DNA of 64,000 nt, taken from NCBI GenBank assembly GCA_963664325.2, contig CAXXDQ010000003.1, positions 1,120,001-1,184,000 of the forward strand, in the 5' to 3' direction. The notes beneath the pieces are model-generated. The model was given only the letters and a program-made list of their open reading frames with translations, ran no database searches and was not told the origin of the DNA. Every line of letters begins with the position of its first letter. Positions within the stretch are counted from its first letter, which is position 1. Of this stretch, positions 8,930 through 17,959 are shown in pieces. The position numbers and the translations under genes were made by a program. The DNA comes from Desulfomonilia bacterium. GTDB lineage: Bacteria > Desulfobacterota > Desulfomonilia > UBA1062.

Positions 8930-11326
8930 ATGACCAAAAGGGTATATTTTGTTGTCATGATTTTGGCTGCATTGCTAACCTGTTCATGCCGCCTGAAATC
9001 AGAAGGTCCGTGGCATGGGGAACGGACGGATTATCCGAGGACAATTTACAGGGCGGATCAGCTCGGATCAATAAAAGAAAGACTTACCCGCTATCCCTAT
9101 AATGTCCTTTACAGCAGGGTCTTGTCACAGGCAGGACGGACCCCTGCACCTCCGGCACAGAAATATGATCCGCCGACCCAGTATGACAATGCCAATATCG
9201 CAAAATCTGCCGCGTTCGTATATTCCCTTACCGGCGATGGTTCATCCAGGCAGAAGGCTGTCGATATTTTAAAAACCATACCGCAGGAATTCGGCAGCCT
9301 GACCTTTGATCTTCTGGATTACGACATACATATAGCAGAATCAATCATGTGCTATGCACAGGCGCTGGATATGCTGCTCGGCGCAGAGGCGCTCAGTTCA
9401 ACAGAAAGAAAAACAATAGAAGACAGGCTGGGAAACATTACTGATAAGTTCTTTAACAACTGGGCTGAGTTGATCTGCGGGGCATATGAATTTTCCCGCA
9501 ACAACCACCATACCAAGACCGCATCGGCATTCGGAATAGCAGCTATTGTTCTCAATAAGCACCCGATGGCAAAGATTTGGATAGACTATGCCATGAACGA
9601 GGTTGAGGCCGACCTTAACAACCTGATTACACCTGACGGCGGCTATGCTGAAGGCCCGAACTACTGGACATACTCCGCTGTGAACGTCCTTCCTTTCGCA
9701 TGGGCCTACCGTACATTTACAGGCGGCCAGTCCGGGGTATTTACTGACAGACCGTGTTATCTGAGCGGTCTGGGGCAGAATGGAAAAACAGTGACAGTCA
9801 ATGATCTGTTCAGCGACTGGAAACTTAAAGCGGTCTCTGAATGGATGATAAAGGTACGCCAGCCAGACGGGCTTACTCCGCCGATTGATGATTCTAATAT
9901 GAGCGGTTATTTTAATGCAATTCTGTCTGGGGTTTACGGCGACGGCGTTTTTGCATGGGACTGGCTGACTTCATCTTCATATCTGATGTCCCAGAGCTGT
10001 GCAGATATCAGTGTTGATATAATCTGTGCATATGACGACAGCGTAGTCTTGCATGAACCGTCAATGAATCCCAGCATATTCATGCCGGAGTCCGGACATG
10101 CTGTAATGAGGAGCGGCTGGGGTCAAAGTGACAGCTATGTATTGTTTCAGGCTGAAAACGGTATGGCGCGTAAAAGCGGCTACGGACATGAACATCCTGA
10201 CGGACTCAGCTTCATTCTTTATGCGTTCGGCAAAAGCCTGGCAATAGACAGCGGATACATCAATTGGGAAAATCATGACCTTGTAAGGTATGCAAAAAAC
10301 CACAATGTCATACTCGTTGACGGCAAAGGCCCCGAGCCAGGCCTTTATACGGCAGGAGGAGTCGATGCTTTCTTCAGCGATTTCATGACTACTTCATTTA
10401 TGGATTTCAGTTCCGCATGGACCGAATTTTCCGGTATAAGGCATACACGCTCGCTGTTGTTTCCCGGCAAGAGATATCTGGTGGTCTCGGATGATATAGG
10501 TTTGAAAAGCATATTGACGCATACCTACAACTGGCTGCTGCACGGCAATGGAGGCGGTTCTACAGGCGGCACATTTTCCCGGGAAGCCAGTGGAGGCATC
10601 TGGAATAACGGTAATGCAGAATTGGAAGCGGTCGTCGTATCCCCTGAGGGGAACCCGGTACTGAGCAGTCATGATGATTATCATGGTTTTACCTGGGGAG
10701 TTAAGGAGACGCACAGCGTGCTCCAGGCAGATGTTAAAGCCAGAAGGGCACGCTACCTGGCGGTTTTGTATCCTTCGAATGACAGTATGCCGGAACCGGA
10801 GATTGCTCCTCAAAATGCCCCGGATGGCGCTGCAATTGCCGTTATGGAGCCGGATGGCATTACCCTTGTCAGGACCCAATCGGCAGCAAAACTGCAGAAT
10901 AAGTGGACTCTGGACGGAATTGACGGACATCCTGAATTTCCTTCCATTGGAAGCGATGCAGGGTTTTCCCTGATTTCAGCAGATGGCATGGGGGTTGTAA
11001 AACAGATATTCATTCAGGATGCATCATGTCTGAGCATTGGAGGTACTGAAATCATAAAGGCTGATTCGAGGCTAGTTTTAGCCCTTTCGATAGGTACTGG
11101 CATTATCAGCGGGCATGTAATTGCACAGGATGGATGCCGTATCGATATCCTGACTGGAACAGCTCCTTTGTCAGTCGAGGGCAGTACGATAACAGGTTAT
11201 TCATCATCTGCAGACGGCATTACCAGGATTGCTTTTTCAGGTCAGGGAGATTTTTCGGTTTACCTTTCAGGGGATTCAATTATTGAAAGGATTGCTTCCG
11301 ATAGGACCCTGCTTCCTGTTCAATAG
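8930..11326 (+). CDS. Heparinase II/III-family polysaccharide lyase, predicted lipoprotein
   Basis: Lipobox-like LLTCSC; NNH, DGGYAEGPNYW, GHEHPD and HNVILVDG motifs of alginate/heparin lyase folds. Confidence 0.8.
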   Translation: MTKRVYFVVMILAALLTCSCRLKSEGPWHGERTDYPRTIYRADQLGSIKERLTRYPYNVLYSRVLSQAGRTPAPPAQKYDPPTQYDNANIAKSAAFVYSLTGDGSSRQKAVDILKTIPQEFGSLTFDLLDYDIHIAESIMCYAQALDMLLGAEALSSTERKTIEDRLGNITDKFFNNWAELICGAYEFSRNNHHTKTASAFGIAAIVLNKHPMAKIWIDYAMNEVEADLNNLITPDGGYAEGPNYWTYSAVNVLPFAWAYRTFTGGQSGVFTDRPCYLSGLGQNGKTVTVNDLFSDWKLKAVSEWMIKVRQPDGLTPPIDDSNMSGYFNAILSGVYGDGVFAWDWLTSSSYLMSQSCADISVDIICAYDDSVVLHEPSMNPSIFMPESGHAVMRSGWGQSDSYVLFQAENGMARKSGYGHEHPDGLSFILYAFGKSLAIDSGYINWENHDLVRYAKNHNVILVDGKGPEPGLYTAGGVDAFFSDFMTTSFMDFSSAWTEFSGIRHTRSLLFPGKRYLVVSDDIGLKSILTHTYNWLLHGNGGGSTGGTFSREASGGIWNNGNAELEAVVVSPEGNPVLSSHDDYHGFTWGVKETHSVLQADVKARRARYLAVLYPSNDSMPEPEIAPQNAPDGAAIAVMEPDGITLVRTQSAAKLQNKWTLDGIDGHPEFPSIGSDAGFSLISADGMGVVKQIFIQDASCLSIGGTEIIKADSRLVLALSIGTGIISGHVIAQDGCRIDILTGTAPLSVEGSTITGYSSSADGITRIAFSGQGDFSVYLSGDSIIERIASDRTLLPVQ

Positions 11327-11709
11327 CCAAAAAGCACCCGGATATCAGGTACGGGCGCGCAAGAGATTTCAATGACTCGTAAGTGAAATTTTAAATAGCC
11401 AAGATATATTTAGCAAATAGAAGGAAATCATTAAAAATCAAAGGTCGGCCATAACAGTAAGAATTATCAAAATTGAAAATCTTGGCAGATGCTAGATGTC
11501 AAGGGTTTTAATAAAAAACTGCAAGCCTAAGAACTGCAAGGAAAAATACCATAACTATATGAAATAACAAAGCAATACAAATTCATTTTTAACATTTGCC
11601 AATCGTGTGCAATCAGGTTTGACGTTTGATTTATCCTGGTACAGTATCGGGTTACATCAAGTTTATCCATCTTGCCTTTTTGTTAAATTGTTGGGGGAGT
11701 AATTTTTTT

Positions 11710-13008
11710 ATGCCTAGCTCTGTGAGCACAAGGGGTGTTCTTTTTGACGGTATTGCTCCGTCCGAACAGGCACTTCTGGATCAGATCGAAATAGAAGAAA
11801 GACAAGGGTCTGTTTTTGTAAAGTGCCCGAACCTTTTTATAGAGCAGCATGTCAAGCGCACTTATGCCGAAAGGATCAGGAAGGCCTTTGGCAGGGAAGT
11901 TGAGTTCGGCATCGCAGGGAGATCACCTGAACCGCATAAATCAGTAAACAGGCCTGTACAGATGATGCTTCCTGATACGGCACCGATGGCAGTGGGGGTC
12001 AATCCCAAGTTCACATTTGATAATTTCGTCGTCGGGAACTGCAACTCGTTTGCTTATCAGGCGGCACAGGCTGTAGTGGATGAAGGGACCAGATATTCCC
12101 CTCTTTATTATTATTCCGATACGGGGCTTGGGAAGAGCCATATTGCACATGCAATAGGAAACGGATTTATAAAAAGGAAAAAAGGTATAAAGGCAAAATA
12201 CACAACCGCCCAGGACTTTTCACAGGAGTACGTGTACGCAGTAAGGAACGACTGCCTCGAAAAATTCAAGAGGACCTACAGATGCGGGCTGGACCTGCTG
12301 TTTATTGATGATGTCCATGTTTTTTCGAGCAAGGAAAAAACGCAGATGGAGGTGTCTTCACTGCTCGATGACATCATGGCTCTGGGCACCCAGGTAGTAT
12401 TCGCAGGATACAGACCGCCAGGGACCATTCAGCAGCTTGACAAGGGGCTGAAGTCAAGAATGTCTTCGGGACTCATGATACATATCAAATCGCCTGACCT
12501 CCTGACAAGAGCGGCAATTGTCAGGGCCAAGGCCGGCGCCGAGAGCATCGTTATGCCTGATGAGGTTGTGGATTTCATTAGCGGTACTGTTGTCAGCAAT
12601 ATCAGGGACCTTGAAAGTGCCGTTATGACGGTAATAGCAATGGCATCGCTCATGAAGCGCGAGATAAATATGGATATCGTAAAAGAAGCGCTTGAAGGTA
12701 CGGTAACAAGAAGGACACGGATAGACATACCCTTTATCCAGGAAGTTGTTTCAAAAAATTTCGGTGTTGACAGGACAGCCCTTGTATCGCCTTCAAGGAA
12801 AAAGGAAATTGCCTATCCCAGACAGATTGCGATTTACCTGTGCAGGCAGTACACCAGGGATTCCCTGCAGATGATAGGCGAGGCGTTCGGCAGAAAGCAT
12901 TCATCCGTCATCCATACGCTGGAAGTCATGGATGCTCAGTACAGGGACAACCTTAAGACGAAGAAGGAAGTGGATTTTATTATGGAGAAGATAGAGTCCG
13001 GGGTCTGA
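11710..13008 (+). CDS. dnaA: DnaA-family protein (divergent paralogue, not in dnaA-dnaN context)
   Basis: NPKFTFDNFVVG, Walker A TGLGKSH, Walker B FIDDVH, SNIRDLE, domain IV RQIAIYL..IGEAFGRKHSSVIH; GGGGAG RBS before ATG 11710. Confidence 0.85.
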   Translation: MPSSVSTRGVLFDGIAPSEQALLDQIEIEERQGSVFVKCPNLFIEQHVKRTYAERIRKAFGREVEFGIAGRSPEPHKSVNRPVQMMLPDTAPMAVGVNPKFTFDNFVVGNCNSFAYQAAQAVVDEGTRYSPLYYYSDTGLGKSHIAHAIGNGFIKRKKGIKAKYTTAQDFSQEYVYAVRNDCLEKFKRTYRCGLDLLFIDDVHVFSSKEKTQMEVSSLLDDIMALGTQVVFAGYRPPGTIQQLDKGLKSRMSSGLMIHIKSPDLLTRAAIVRAKAGAESIVMPDEVVDFISGTVVSNIRDLESAVMTVIAMASLMKREINMDIVKEALEGTVTRRTRIDIPFIQEVVSKNFGVDRTALVSPSRKKEIAYPRQIAIYLCRQYTRDSLQMIGEAFGRKHSSVIHTLEVMDAQYRDNLKTKKEVDFIMEKIESGV

Positions 13009-13009
13009 G

Positions 13010-13146
13010 CCTGATTTCCGCTTCGCATTCAAGCGCTTCCTTTGTCGGCTGCGTCGGAATGCTCCTCGACATACGTCAAAGTATGCCTGCGTTGCTTCCT
13101 CCTTGCTTTCGCGGCAGCATCTTGAATGAATAGCGGAATAAACAGG
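13010..13146. repeat. Palindromic REP/MITE-like intergenic element
   Basis: Terminal imperfect inverted repeat CCTG..TTCCGCT..CATTCAAG / CTTGAATG..AGCGGAA..CAGG; internal CATAC..GTATG hairpin. Confidence 0.6.
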
Positions 13147-13162
13147 GCAGGGCGTGATAGCT

Positions 13163-13240
13163 TTGATTCGGGCTATGAAGGCCCTCATCCTTCGGGTGCG
13201 ACTACGTCGCGTCAATTTTTGTGATGCAAAAATTTGCATC
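13163..13240. repeat. Multi-hairpin palindromic element
   Basis: Consecutive hairpins GGGC/GCCC, CC-TTCG-GG, GCGAC/GTCGC and TTTTTG/CAAAAA. Confidence 0.5.
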
Positions 13241-13588
13241 CTATTGACATTTTCTTGTCTCATCATTCCGGCTTATAATGAGTTATTGAGCTGTCGAGCC
13301 GTTAAGTAAAACCTTTATTAAGAGTTTGATCCTGCTTATCAGCTGATGAAAATGTCTCTGTCCTCGGCCTGCCTTGTTCCGACATACTGCAAGTTAATCA
13401 GGAAAGATGCTTATTGGATATTTCAAAATGTAGCATGTGAAGGATTATGGCCAGCGCTTGTTGGTATAGTGCGGCAGTTGTATCTTTTTGCGGTGCAATT
13501 TGATAAAAATGGCCCAATGGAAATAAATAATACCGGCGGGCTGAAGGAAACCACGCAACAGTCATAAGCCGCATCAAAGGCGGAAGAT

Positions 13589-14248
13589 ATGGCCAAAATA
13601 AAGAAAGTCGAGGGTTCAAGAAACAACGTTTCATCAGGCAGCAGGTATAACAAAACGCCCTATACGATTGCCGACAACAGCGCCTTTCATGGACTTGACG
13701 AACTGCGGGTGCTGTTGCCGGATGATGATAGCAGGCTCCTTATTCTCGAAGACAAGTTTCTTCTGCGCGACGCAAGCCTGATGATAAAGATGCAGAAAGA
13801 CCTGTTCCGTTTATATGGCGGAGAGCAACCACACCGCTCCCCAAAAGAAACCAGGCCCCGCAAAGAGCCGCCGAAACTGACGAAATCAATCGATCCGGAG
13901 GTGCTTAAAGAACGCCTGTTTGTACTGATTGAAAATGAAGAGCCTTATCTTGAGGAAGGCTTGACCTTGGCTTCGCTTGCACATGCCATTGATATCGAAC
14001 CTCATCAGCTTACCCTTTTTTTAAACCGCCATTTGAAAACCAATTTCCACGATTTCATCAATGCATACCGGATTGAGGCTGCGAAAAAACTCCTTGTGAA
14101 CGAACCGTCTGATAAAATCCTGGCCATTGCGTTCAGGACCGGCTTTAATTCAAAGGCCAGTTTTAACCGCGTTTTCAGGAAGATTACTGGCCTGACTCCG
14201 AGCCAGTACCGTAAGAAGACAGCTGAACCGCCTGAGGATTCCAGGTAA
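13589..14248 (+). CDS. AraC-family transcriptional regulator
   Basis: C-terminal HTH: NFHDFINAYRIEAAK..IAFRTGFNSKASFNRVFRKITGLTPSQYRK. Confidence 0.9.
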   Translation: MAKIKKVEGSRNNVSSGSRYNKTPYTIADNSAFHGLDELRVLLPDDDSRLLILEDKFLLRDASLMIKMQKDLFRLYGGEQPHRSPKETRPRKEPPKLTKSIDPEVLKERLFVLIENEEPYLEEGLTLASLAHAIDIEPHQLTLFLNRHLKTNFHDFINAYRIEAAKKLLVNEPSDKILAIAFRTGFNSKASFNRVFRKITGLTPSQYRKKTAEPPEDSR

Positions 14249-14282
14249 TCCATTCAGTCCTGATCGGAAAAATTTTAAAACA

Positions 14283-14309
14283 TCGTCTCAATTTATTAAC
14301 TTGAGACGA
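14283..14309. promoter_or_regulatory. Inverted-repeat operator upstream of the 14364 gene
   Basis: TCGTCTCAA-N9-TTGAGACGA perfect inverted repeat; TATACT -10 at 14341 with a poor -35. Confidence 0.6.
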
Positions 14310-14363
14310 CAGACTTTATTTTCAGGCTCATTGCTGGCTGTATACTGTTTTTGTTGAAAGGGG

Positions 14364-14885
14364 ATGAGAATGAAGTTGCTCGATAAACTTGATAAAAAAC
14401 AAATCAGGGAATTTTTTTCAAAAGGATGGATGACCCATGATGCTATGTGGCTGTATCACTGCATGAAGGAACTGGGACCGGAAAAGGCAAACGAAATCAA
14501 TATTTCAGCGGTACATTCCATGTCCCTTGTCGAGATTAAAAGAATTCTTAAACTCATGGGCCGGAGCAATGAACCTGTACTGACATATGCCGAGCTTGAG
14601 GAGATCATCGATACGACTTACAAGCTGATACAGCCTGAATTCATGAAGCTCTACTATGGATTTCCGGAAAAGAACCTGTTCAGGGGCGGATTTCATGAAT
14701 GCTTTGCTTATGAGGGGGTGAAAAAGTTCGGGATGCAGGATGTCTACCGGTGCGGAATTCTTGAAAGGGTGAAGGGATGGTTTGAAGGAATGGGTGTGAA
14801 ATATGAAATGACCCCGGAGATTACCGGCTGCCTCATGCGAACCGGAGGCAAGTGCGAAGTGGAGTTCCGGACCAGGCTGGCCTGA
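14364..14885 (+). CDS. Hypothetical protein, DUF6125/V4R-like family
   Basis: WMTHDAMW motif and four spaced cysteines (EC, RC, GC, KC). Confidence 0.6.
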   Translation: MRMKLLDKLDKKQIREFFSKGWMTHDAMWLYHCMKELGPEKANEINISAVHSMSLVEIKRILKLMGRSNEPVLTYAELEEIIDTTYKLIQPEFMKLYYGFPEKNLFRGGFHECFAYEGVKKFGMQDVYRCGILERVKGWFEGMGVKYEMTPEITGCLMRTGGKCEVEFRTRLA

Positions 14886-14942
14886 CAAATGATAACAGAG
14901 ACCGTGGTGAAATTCTCAATAGGCTATAAAGAAGGAGACTGT

Positions 14943-15365
14943 ATGATGCGAAAACGAACGCTTCAGGTTGATTTGTCAATTGCGGTTAAGACGTACGACA
15001 TTGATTTCCTGGGTATTGTCAGCAACATCTCGTATATTCGCTGGCTGGAAGATTTGCGGCTACGTATGCTGGAAGTTCATTATCCTCTGCAACAGCTTGT
15101 TTCGGAATTGATCGTGCCAGTTCTTACTCGGACTCATATCGAATACAGGCGGCCTGTCAGAATGCATGATAAGGTTACCGGAAGCCTCTGGATGGAGAAA
15201 TTCGACTCTTCGGGCTGGATTGCTGATGCTGAATTCATGGTTAACGGCAAAATCGCTGCTACTGCAAGCCAGAGTGGTGTGTTTATCAATATCGGGACCA
15301 TGAAACCCGCTAAACCGCCGGAAGGTCTGCAAAAGAAGTTTGACGAGGAGATTCGCGGATCATAG
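14943..15365 (+). CDS. Acyl-CoA thioesterase (4HBT hotdog family)
   Basis: YDIDFLGIVSNISYIRWLE motif, IEYRRPV; AAGGAG RBS before ATG 14943. Confidence 0.85.
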   Translation: MMRKRTLQVDLSIAVKTYDIDFLGIVSNISYIRWLEDLRLRMLEVHYPLQQLVSELIVPVLTRTHIEYRRPVRMHDKVTGSLWMEKFDSSGWIADAEFMVNGKIAATASQSGVFINIGTMKPAKPPEGLQKKFDEEIRGS

Positions 15366-15668
15366 GAAAAATATAAAGTCCCGGGAGCATGTTTTAACGT
15401 TCAGGTTAAAATAAACAGCATGCTGATTAATCCCGGAAAAGCCAAACGCAAATCCGTTGTACCGAGGTGTGTTTCGTCTGTAACCGGGACCGAGATGAAT
15501 GTGATACTTAAGGGTGTCAAAGAGGGCCTGAAAGGTATAGAATAACCTGAAGACATTACTATTCCACCTTGTTTATGAATAAAGGGAGCTGGTTTCATTC
15601 CTCCTCGGGCACATGAAAGGGATAAAACCAAATTTTATTTCTACAGGTAGTGCTGAAAGCGAGGGCTT

Positions 15669-16592
15669 ATGAATGAAAAAATAATAGACATGCATACACA
15701 CCTGGGCAATATTCTCTATCCCGGAGGAGGAGAACTTATAGAGAAAAAAGGCATAAAGAAGGACATCAAATTCGACATAATCACACTTTCAGAAAAGATG
15801 CTGCACTTTGATCTGGGCGACAAGTCAATGGAGCGTAAAATGTTTGGTAAGTGGATAACACTTGCCGAAAGGGCAAGAAACCTTACCGCAACAAGAGAGA
15901 ATATGCGCCGCTCAATGGATGAAGCCGGAGTTCTGGCGAATGCAGTTATGCCTGTACCGCCTTATGTAAATTTTTCAGACCTTGCCGGGGCAGCCAAAAA
16001 GGATGGCGGGATTCTCCCGTTTACCGGCATCGATTTTTCTCAATCTTCGGATGCCATTGACTTGCAGCTTGAAGCAGATGTTAAAGCGGGTGCCAAAGGG
16101 TTGAAACTCCACCCCGTTATCCAGAAGGAGAAACTTACCAGCGCTAAAACCATGACAGCGATTGAGTCTTTCATGCGTTATAACCTTCCTGTCTTATGCC
16201 ATTGCGGGATGTCATCCTATTACCCCTTGAACGAACACTACATGGAAGAATCCTTATACGGTGAGATATTTTATATCAGAAATCTCGCCCGCGCGTTTCC
16301 AGAAGTCAGGTTCATAGCAGGCCACTCTGGACTGTATGAGGTGGAGGACGCCATAAATATGCTGCATCCCTATGGCAATGTATACATGGAAATATCCTTC
16401 CAGAATCCCAGGACTATCCGAAGGCTTATAAAGACATTCGGCCCGGAAAGGATTCTATATGGAACGGATTGGCCCTGGGGCGACAGGCTCACGGCGGTAA
16501 AGTGCGTGCAGCGCGCATGCGGTAAGGACAAGATAATGGCCGGACGCATCTTTTATGAGAATGCAGCGGAACTCCTGTATATTAATGAATGA
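15669..16592 (+). CDS. Amidohydrolase_2 family metal-dependent hydrolase
   Basis: DMHTH, GLKLHP, HCG, AGHSG, YGTDWP. Confidence 0.85.
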   Translation: MNEKIIDMHTHLGNILYPGGGELIEKKGIKKDIKFDIITLSEKMLHFDLGDKSMERKMFGKWITLAERARNLTATRENMRRSMDEAGVLANAVMPVPPYVNFSDLAGAAKKDGGILPFTGIDFSQSSDAIDLQLEADVKAGAKGLKLHPVIQKEKLTSAKTMTAIESFMRYNLPVLCHCGMSSYYPLNEHYMEESLYGEIFYIRNLARAFPEVRFIAGHSGLYEVEDAINMLHPYGNVYMEISFQNPRTIRRLIKTFGPERILYGTDWPWGDRLTAVKCVQRACGKDKIMAGRIFYENAAELLYINE

Positions 16593-16670
16593 TCTTTTCA
16601 TGAATTCCCAAATCACTGTCAGACAGATGCCATGTAGTATATTTTATCTTTTCATATATCTTTCCCGGCG

Positions 16671-16723
16671 TTGACATGTCATTTATTGGAGAGTAAAAGA
16701 GAATGAACGTTCATTCTCTTTTA
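16671..16723 (+). promoter_or_regulatory. Sigma70 promoter overlapped by a 30-bp perfect palindromic operator
   Basis: TTGACA 16671-16676, 17-nt spacer, TAAAAG; palindrome TAAAAGAGAATGAAC|GTTCATTCTCTTTTA at 16694-16723. Confidence 0.8.
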
Positions 16724-16775
16724 TCAAAAACAAAAACTTTCCTCGGGAAAGAAAACATTTTATGGAGGTTCGGAT

Positions 16776-17885
16776 ATGAAGATACTGGTACTTGGCGGCG
16801 CAGGCGATATGGCGATGGATGTCCTTGATGAACTGGGCAAGGAAAAAAAGGTCAAGCTTATAACCATTGCTGACCTTAATCTGGAAAGGGCGAACAAAGA
16901 GGCATCAAACAGGGGAAAGCCTTTTACCGCATGCAGGCTGGATGTCAATGAAAGCGCAAATGTGATCGAGCTTATGAAGCAGCATGACATAACTCTGGGA
17001 TTTGCAGGGCCGTTTTACTATTTTGAAAAGAAAATAGCTGAAATGGCTATTGAAGCAGGCAAACCCTATGTGTCAATTGCCGATGACTATGAATCTTATC
17101 TGGATGTCATAACTCTGGAGGAGAAGGCAAAGGAGAAGGGTGTTCATATACTCACCGGCTGGGGCAATTCTCCGGGCATGACACAGGCCCTTGCAAAGAA
17201 AGGCTACATTTCCATGGATGAGCCCAAACGCATAAACGTTCACTGGGCGGCAGGCTCCAACGAAGCCGCCGGTCCGGCCAATCTGACGCACCTTTTCAAT
17301 ATATTCCAGGGTACATGCAGGCAGACCATACGGGGCAAAGAGGTTGAAGTCCCGTCAGGCAGCGGCCGGAAGGTCGTCAGATTCCCGTTCCCCATGGGCG
17401 AACTGCCGGTATATTATACCGGACACGGAGAGAGCGTATCCATGCCGCGCAATATGCCCGGCCTTGAGGAAGCCACCCTTCACGGAGGCGTCCAGCCGGC
17501 CTATATCCCGCTTCTGGTTATGGGACTGAGCAAATTCGGCCTGATGAACACACATGAAAAAAGAAAGAAACTGGCCAATTTCTTCTACAAGATCGAGAGT
17601 ATATTCGGTTCCGGCGGTCTGGACAAATCGGTAGGCCGTGTAGATATTTACGGTATAGACAAAGGAAAGACGGCGCACCGCACCTATACATACATAGGAC
17701 ACATCGGGAAGATAACCTCTATTCCCTGTGCTGTTGCAGCAATATGGGAGTTGACCGGAAAGTTCAAGAAAAAACCAGGCGGGGTCTATTCACCGGACAG
17801 GATTCTCGATAATCCCGATGAATTCCTGGCTGAACTGATGCGCCGTGGCGTTGAAATATTCTTCTACGAGGAAGGGCTCGACTAG
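16776..17885 (+). CDS. Saccharopine dehydrogenase-like NAD(P)-dependent oxidoreductase
   Basis: LGGAGDM Rossmann motif, AGPFY, GWGNSPG; GGAGG RBS. Confidence 0.85.
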   Translation: MKILVLGGAGDMAMDVLDELGKEKKVKLITIADLNLERANKEASNRGKPFTACRLDVNESANVIELMKQHDITLGFAGPFYYFEKKIAEMAIEAGKPYVSIADDYESYLDVITLEEKAKEKGVHILTGWGNSPGMTQALAKKGYISMDEPKRINVHWAAGSNEAAGPANLTHLFNIFQGTCRQTIRGKEVEVPSGSGRKVVRFPFPMGELPVYYTGHGESVSMPRNMPGLEEATLHGGVQPAYIPLLVMGLSKFGLMNTHEKRKKLANFFYKIESIFGSGGLDKSVGRVDIYGIDKGKTAHRTYTYIGHIGKITSIPCAVAAIWELTGKFKKKPGGVYSPDRILDNPDEFLAELMRRGVEIFFYEEGLD

Positions 17886-17959
17886 AAGAAGCGCATAAGC
17901 AAAACAGGTTTGATAGCCCGTGTCTCTTAAAAAGGATACGGGCTTGTTAAGGAGACCGT

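Noticed and set aside
13244-13279. TTGACA and TATAAT as a consensus promoter
   Set aside because: The spacer is 24 nt, too long.
11330-13588. oriC next to the dnaA-like gene
   Set aside because: No array of consensus DnaA boxes and none of the usual origin-linked genes.
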